DNA of 32,000 nucleotides from Candidatus Kuenenia stuttgartensis. Lineage in GTDB: Bacteria > Planctomycetota > Brocadiia > Brocadiales > Brocadiaceae. Both the position numbers and the translations under genes were made by a program. The stretch lies in NCBI RefSeq assembly GCF_900232105.1, contig NZ_LT934425.1, positions 1,980,001 to 2,012,000 on the forward strand. Reading direction: 5' to 3'. Below, in pieces: positions 27,117-32,000 of this stretch (the first letter of the stretch is position 1; each line of letters starts with the position of its first letter). The notes beneath the pieces are model-generated. The model searched no databases, was not told the DNA's origin, and saw only the letters and a list, made by a program, of their open reading frames with translations.

Positions 27117-28153
27117 GAGCTATTCTAAAATATTCAAAAAGGCAGATTGATAAAGCTGGTGGTGTTTTGTCAGGCGTGCCTGATCAAAAGATGAACAAGG
27201 ATCAAGCTATAGAAATTCTAGAAAACTTTCGATCATTACATATCCACCCTCTTATTGTATTTAGAGTGTCTTTGCAAAGAAAGTCTGAAATTATTTCTGG
27301 TGATGTACTAATTTCACAACGATTAAAAAGAGCACCATCAATTGTCAATAAATTAAAAATCCAGAAAAAGATGTCTTTATCGCAGATGCAGGATGTGGGT
27401 GGTTTGCGTATCGTACTGAATAATCTTGACGAAGTATATAAGCTTAAAGATCTAATACGTGCTGGCGAGACACAAATCGCCTTCAAATCTATTCTTTTAA
27501 AAGAAATAGATTATATTAATAACCCTAAAGAAAGTGGATACAGAAGCATTCATTTGATTTATAAATATAATAAAAATGCTCCTAATGCGAGTCAGTGTCG
27601 AATTGAAATACAGATTAGAACAAAAATACATCACGCATGGGCGACGGCAGTTGAAGTTATAGGCACGTACCTCAGGCAACCATTAAAACAAAGTTTTGGG
27701 GATAAAGAACTATTAGATTTATTTAAAGAAATAAGTAAAGTATTTATTTTATTGGAAAACAAAAAAATGGATATTTCTTTATTCAAAAATACAGTAAATA
27801 GAATAGATGAATTAAAATTGCGCGACAAATTACAAGGATTTTCAATGGTAACAAGGATTTCAGATCAGAACGATGAAAATAAAAAAGGTAAATATTTTCT
27901 TATATCCTTGAATTTTAAGAATAAGACATTGACTGTAAAAAGATTCACTGCCTCAAAGTTAGATCAAGCAAATAGTGAATATTCTGAATTAGAAAAAAAA
28001 TACTTGAATGATAATAATACGGAAGTTGTTCTTGTATCAGTAGATGATATTAATAATCTAAGAAAATTGTATCCTAATTATTTCTTGGACACACAAGAAT
28101 TTGTAAAGTTCCTAGACATAGTGAACAAGGAAATTGAAAAATATGAAAACTAA
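27113..28153 (+). CDS. RelA/SpoT-domain nucleotide pyrophosphokinase-like protein embedded in the type I RM operon
   Basis: SQRLKRAPSIVNKLK, MQDVGGLRIVLNNLDEVY, NPKESGYRSIHLIYKY, CRIEIQIRTKIHHAWATAVEV; ATGA overlap with hsdM. Confidence 0.9.
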   Translation: MRAILKYSKRQIDKAGGVLSGVPDQKMNKDQAIEILENFRSLHIHPLIVFRVSLQRKSEIISGDVLISQRLKRAPSIVNKLKIQKKMSLSQMQDVGGLRIVLNNLDEVYKLKDLIRAGETQIAFKSILLKEIDYINNPKESGYRSIHLIYKYNKNAPNASQCRIEIQIRTKIHHAWATAVEVIGTYLRQPLKQSFGDKELLDLFKEISKVFILLENKKMDISLFKNTVNRIDELKLRDKLQGFSMVTRISDQNDENKKGKYFLISLNFKNKTLTVKRFTASKLDQANSEYSELEKKYLNDNNTEVVLVSVDDINNLRKLYPNYFLDTQEFVKFLDIVNKEIEKYEN

Positions 28154-29303
28154 CTGGCAAATAAAAAAACTCGGCGAGGTTTGTGAAATCAAACCACCAA
28201 AAAAAGAAGCAAGAGACCGATTGAATGATGATGACATTGTCTCGTTTGTGCCTATGGAAGATTTGGGAATATTGACAAAGAATTTTATTGCAACAAAGGA
28301 AAGACCGCTGAAAGAAGTATCTGGAAGCTATACGTATTTTTCCGATAATGATGTGCTTCTCGCAAAAATTACGCCTTGTTTCGAAAATGGCAAAATTGGA
28401 ATTGCTCGCAATTTAAAGAATGGTATTGGTTTCGGCTCAAGTGAATATATTATTTTTCGATCACGTGGCGAAGTAATACCTGATTACTTGTACTACTATT
28501 TAGCTCGTGACCAGTTCAGGCAAGACGGCAAAAAAGTGATGACTGGCGCAGTTGGCCATAAACGAGTGCCGAAAGACTTTGTTGAAAACCAAAAAATACC
28601 TTATCCCAATTCCCTCCCCGAACAACAGCGTATCGTTGCCATTCTGGAGGAGGCTTTTGCCGCCATCGCCACAGCAAAAGAAAAAACCGAAAAGAATCTG
28701 CAAAACGCCCGCGAGCTTTTTGCGTCGTATCTGCAGAGTGTCTTTGCCAATCCGGGGGACGGGTGGGAAGAGAAGACATTGGGGGAATGCTTTAAATTAA
28801 AAAGTGGCGATAATATAACAAGCAAAATGATGATTGAGAATGGAAAGTATCCTGTTTATGGTGGTAATGGAATCGCGGGGATGTATAATAAATTTAATCT
28901 ATCAGGGAGCAATGTAATTGTAGGTAGAGTCGGAGCTTTATGCGGAAATGTAAGGCATATAGAAGAGGCTATTTGGCTCACTGATAATGGATTCAAAATA
29001 ACAGATTGTAAATATGATTTTGATAATGCGTTTCTTGCATATTTATTGAACTTAAAGAATCTACGAAATTATGCAAGGCAAGCAGCACAACCAGTCATTT
29101 CAAATTCATCATTAGAAGAGGTGTTACTACAATTTCCAAAATCATTAAAAGACCAAAAATCCATCGTCACCAAACTCGATGCGCTTTCCGCCGAAACCAA
29201 AAAGCTCGAGGCCATTTACCGGCAAAAGCTCGCAGACCTGGACGAATTGAAAAAATCGGTATTGCAAAAGGCGTTCACAGGACAATTGACAATGGAAAAT
29301 TGA
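28143..29303 (+). CDS. hsdS: Type I restriction-modification specificity subunit
   Basis: Two TRD-like halves (NWQIKKLGEVCEI... and GWEEKTLGECFKLKSG...), conserved LPEQQRIVAILEEAFAAIATAKEKTEKNLQNARELF and KQKSIVTKLDALSAETKKLEAIYRQKLADLDELKKSVLQKAFTGQL; ATG 28143 preferred, TTG 28134 possible. Confidence 0.95.
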   Translation: MKTNWQIKKLGEVCEIKPPKKEARDRLNDDDIVSFVPMEDLGILTKNFIATKERPLKEVSGSYTYFSDNDVLLAKITPCFENGKIGIARNLKNGIGFGSSEYIIFRSRGEVIPDYLYYYLARDQFRQDGKKVMTGAVGHKRVPKDFVENQKIPYPNSLPEQQRIVAILEEAFAAIATAKEKTEKNLQNARELFASYLQSVFANPGDGWEEKTLGECFKLKSGDNITSKMMIENGKYPVYGGNGIAGMYNKFNLSGSNVIVGRVGALCGNVRHIEEAIWLTDNGFKITDCKYDFDNAFLAYLLNLKNLRNYARQAAQPVISNSSLEEVLLQFPKSLKDQKSIVTKLDALSAETKKLEAIYRQKLADLDELKKSVLQKAFTGQLTMEN

Positions 29304-29313
29304 GAATGGGTGA

Positions 29314-29499
29314 TTGAAAACGAGCAATGTGGTCAAAGAGAAGTCGTTTTACGTTCGCGGTGCGGGTAGTGGACCGGCTACCGAACGTTGTCAGCGCCTG
29401 AATACCAGCGAAGCGGAGTCGGCCATCAACGACAACAAGGAACTCTTGAAACTGTTAACCCGTATCATCAACTCAACTAAACAAGGAATGGACACATGA
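29314..29499 (+). CDS. Short hypothetical ORF between hsdS and fic; possibly a remnant
   Basis: TTG start, KSFYVRGAGSGPATERCQRLNTSEAESAINDNKELLKLLTRIINSTK; C-terminal helix loosely recalls four-helix-bundle proteins. Confidence 0.35.
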   Translation: MKTSNVVKEKSFYVRGAGSGPATERCQRLNTSEAESAINDNKELLKLLTRIINSTKQGMDT

Positions 29500-29571
29500 C
29501 CGCTGTCAATTACCAATTGTCCACTGAATACCGTGAAATTGGCTGTTTTTTCTTAGATTTTCACGATTATG

Positions 29572-29599
29572 TTGACAAAAGAGTGAAAGATTTTATACT
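29572..29599 (+). promoter_or_regulatory. Candidate sigma70-type promoter for fic (TTGACA-16 nt-TATACT)
   Basis: TTGACA 29572-29577, TATACT 29594-29599, immediately before ATG 29606. Confidence 0.55.
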
Positions 29600-29605
29600 G
29601 TAGCT

Positions 29606-30487
29606 ATGGCAAAAATCTTACATGTTTTTAATTCAATCAATCGCTTGAGAGAGCGGTATTATGTTGCGGCGGTCGGTAAACAATCGCTTTTGGATTTATT
29701 GAGCGAAGCGGAGGTTGCCGAGCAGGTGTATAACTCTAACGCCATCGAGAACAGCACCCTCACCCTTGAAGAAACTGAAAAAATCCTTTTGCAGATACAT
29801 TTAGACAGATACATCACGGAAAGAGAAATCTTTGAAGCAAAAAATCTCGCACGGGTAGTTTCTTACATCAATATCAAGGCCAAAGAACAAGAGCTTACCC
29901 TTGAGGTTATGCTATCGCTTCACAAGATGCTTATAGCGAATATCAGGGATGATATCGCCGGCAGATTTCGCAAGGACGGTGAGTGGGTCAGGGTTGCAAA
30001 CCACATAGCGCCAGACCCAAAAGAAGTGGCAGGAAGATTGGAAAAAATGCTTGCCGGATATAACGCCGCCAGCCATGAAAATATTATAAAACGTATTGCG
30101 CGGCTGCATCTTACCTTTGAACACACCCACCCGTTTGTTGATGGCAATGGCCGTATCGGAAGGGTAATAAATAACTATTTGCTTATACGGGAAGGCTTTG
30201 TGCCGATGAATATTAAATTCATTGACAGGAAGATGTATTACGAGGCGTTTAAGGAGTTTGACGAAAAAGGCACTGCCAAAATCATGGAGGAAATAGTCGG
30301 CAAAGCGCTTACGAATAGTTATCACAAGAGACTTGCGTATCTGGAAGGAGCACACATTATGACGCTTGCTGAATATGCAAAAAAGCATAAAGTATCGCAC
30401 TCTAATTTGATAAATAAAGCACATCGCCAAACTATAGAAGCCTTTTTTGAAAAAGGCGTTTGGAAGATTGGAGATTACAAACCATGA
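29606..30487 (+). CDS. Fic family protein (AMPylase-type)
   Basis: HPFVDGNGRIGR Fic motif; N-terminal SNAIENSTL inhibitory-helix-like motif; C-terminal HTH-like region. Confidence 0.93.
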   Translation: MAKILHVFNSINRLRERYYVAAVGKQSLLDLLSEAEVAEQVYNSNAIENSTLTLEETEKILLQIHLDRYITEREIFEAKNLARVVSYINIKAKEQELTLEVMLSLHKMLIANIRDDIAGRFRKDGEWVRVANHIAPDPKEVAGRLEKMLAGYNAASHENIIKRIARLHLTFEHTHPFVDGNGRIGRVINNYLLIREGFVPMNIKFIDRKMYYEAFKEFDEKGTAKIMEEIVGKALTNSYHKRLAYLEGAHIMTLAEYAKKHKVSHSNLINKAHRQTIEAFFEKGVWKIGDYKP

Positions 30488-31920
30488 ACGAAGCGGAACA
30501 CCCCTATTCAAAGATAAAAGCCATTATCAAGCAGGGCAAAGGGTTGACCGTTGAGTTCAAGGAGTGTAATACCGCCCTCAACAAAGATATTTACGAGACG
30601 GTGTGCGCCTTCCTGAACCGCTTCGGCGGCGAGCTTCTGCTTGGCGTTAGAGATGACGGCGTGATAACCGGTATAGTCCCTGAGTGCCTCCACCAGATCA
30701 AAAATGATTTTACGACAGCCGTCAATAATCCACAGAAAATCAGCCCGTCGTTTTATCTCTCAATGGATGAGGCCGTAATCGACGGGAAAACCATTCTCTC
30801 CATTTACATCCCCGAAAGCTCCCAGGTTCACCGCTGTAACGGGAAAATATACGACCGGAATGAAGACGGTGATTTCAATATCACGGACAACCACAACCTT
30901 GTATCCGCACTTTACCTGCGAAAGCAGATCGGCTACTCAGAAAACACTATTTACCCATATACTGAACTTGCCGATCTGCGGCCTGATGTTATAGCAAGAG
31001 TTCGAAAAATGGCTTTGCTCCAGTCGGAAAACCACCCATGGGGCGCTATGAGTGACCTTGACCTTTTGAGAAGCGTTCAGTTGTATAGGAAGGATTTTCA
31101 AACCGGGAAAGACGGTTTTACGCTTGCCGCAATACTGCTCTTTGGAAAAGACGAGACCATTCTATCGGTAGTGCCGCATTTCAGAATCGATGCCATTCTG
31201 AGACGGGACAACATCGACCGTTATGACGACCGTGACGATATCCGCACGAATCTCATCGAAAGTTATGACCGCCTGCTACGATTTGGAGAGAAACATCTGA
31301 ACGATCCGTTTTATCTGGAAAATGGCCAGAGGATAAGCCTGCGCGGCCATATTTTACGGGAAGTAATCAGCAATATCCTTATCCACCGCGAGTATGCCAA
31401 TGCGTTTCCAGCGAAGTTCGTCATTGATAGAGAAAAACTTTTCACGGAGAACAGCAATAAACCTCACGGGTATGGCATGATTGATCCGTCACATTTTACG
31501 CCCTATCCAAAAAATCCTTCTATTGCGCGATTATTCAGGGAAATTGGACGGGCGGATGAGCTTGGGTCTGGTGTTAGGAATCTGTTTAAGTATTGCAAGG
31601 CCTATTGCGGCCACGATCCGCAACTCATAGAACAGGATATTTTCAAATTCATCCTGCCGCTTACCGGGGAAGCTACCCCTCAAGCTACCCCCCAAGCTAC
31701 AGGGGAAGACGAACGGACAAAAAAAATAATGAATTACTGTCTTAACCCAAGAACAAGAGAGGAAATACAGGAGTTTACCGGTTACAAAGACAGAAAACAT
31801 TTTCGTTTAGAAATCTTACAGCCGCTTCTTGATAAGGGCTTGCTGCACCCGACTATACCCGATAAACTGACAAGCCCGAAACAGAAGTATTACTCTGCAA
31901 AGAAACGAGAGAACCTATGA
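30484..31920 (+). CDS. AlbA_2/Schlafen-type putative DNA-binding plus RecG-like C-terminal ATPase/wHTH protein; ORF opens at 30460
   Basis: KQGKGLTVEFKECNTALNKDIYETVCAFLNRFGGELLLGVRDDGVITGI; REVISNILIHREYANAFPAKFVI; ELGSGVRNLFKYCKAY. Confidence 0.88.
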   Translation: MNEAEHPYSKIKAIIKQGKGLTVEFKECNTALNKDIYETVCAFLNRFGGELLLGVRDDGVITGIVPECLHQIKNDFTTAVNNPQKISPSFYLSMDEAVIDGKTILSIYIPESSQVHRCNGKIYDRNEDGDFNITDNHNLVSALYLRKQIGYSENTIYPYTELADLRPDVIARVRKMALLQSENHPWGAMSDLDLLRSVQLYRKDFQTGKDGFTLAAILLFGKDETILSVVPHFRIDAILRRDNIDRYDDRDDIRTNLIESYDRLLRFGEKHLNDPFYLENGQRISLRGHILREVISNILIHREYANAFPAKFVIDREKLFTENSNKPHGYGMIDPSHFTPYPKNPSIARLFREIGRADELGSGVRNLFKYCKAYCGHDPQLIEQDIFKFILPLTGEATPQATPQATGEDERTKKIMNYCLNPRTREEIQEFTGYKDRKHFRLEILQPLLDKGLLHPTIPDKLTSPKQKYYSAKKRENL

Positions 31921-32000
31921 ACGAAGCGGAAACCAGAGCGGAACTGATTGACCCGAAGCTCAAAGAAAGCGGCCGGGGCGTGGTGGACGGGTCAAAAATA
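31917..32000 (+). CDS. hsdR: N-terminus of type I restriction enzyme R subunit, truncated by window edge
   Basis: MNEAETRAELIDPKLKESGRGVVDGSKI resembles HsdR/DEAD-helicase R-subunit N-termini (xxEaxTRaexIDpxLkxaGWgvv); ATGA overlap with upstream gene. Confidence 0.7.
   Translation, partial: MNEAETRAELIDPKLKESGRGVVDGSKI

Noticed and set aside
29912-30511. 199-aa minus-strand ORF antisense to fic
   Set aside because: Fic motif and inhibitory helix clearly encode on the plus strand; the antisense ORF is a by-product.
31678-31703. CAAGCTACCCC repeats in the AlbA_2 gene as a regulatory repeat
   Set aside because: Only two to three imperfect units encoding ATPQATPQAT linker, inside the CDS.
1-32000. 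CRISPR arrays, rRNA or tRNA genes
   Set aside because: No regularly spaced identical repeats and no recognised rRNA/tRNA signatures by eye; a tRNAscan-SE/Infernal run would be needed to be sure.

Overview
Bacterial chromosomal window. The style (AT-rich intergenic repeats, many surface and TPR proteins) would fit an anammox-type planctomycete, but this is impression only. The backbone contains a PLD-like protein, a large VWA protein, a secreted beta-propeller/Ig-like protein, a MacB/FtsX-type permease, an MsbA-type ABC exporter, hisS, aspS, two TPR proteins, a zinc-ribbon membrane protein, a TlpA/redoxin-like protein whose CxxC is AxxC, an M16 peptidase pair, a COG1839-type protein and an EamA transporter. 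Two accessory regions stand out. (1) At ~10.2-13.2 kb there is what reads as a small decayed integron. Three same-orientation attC-like sites (10787-10850, 11547-11635, 12268-12328) each have AAC/GTT end boxes, 4-nt unpaired spacers and extrahelical bases. They separate minus-strand cassettes (ParE/RelE toxin-antitoxin, an unknown protein, a methyltransferase, and a PBECR-like/DUF2283 pair). A divergent frameshifted tyrosine-recombinase N-terminus lies at 13012-13139, where intI would be expected. The ORF track misses both the integrase remnant and the attC sites. (2) From ~25.66 kb to the window end is a type I restriction-modification-like locus. A RelA/SpoT-like nucleotide synthetase gene sits between hsdM and hsdS with overlapping reading frames, followed by fic, an AlbA_2/Schlafen-RecG-like gene and the start of hsdR. 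No CRISPR array, rRNA or tRNA gene was recognised by eye.
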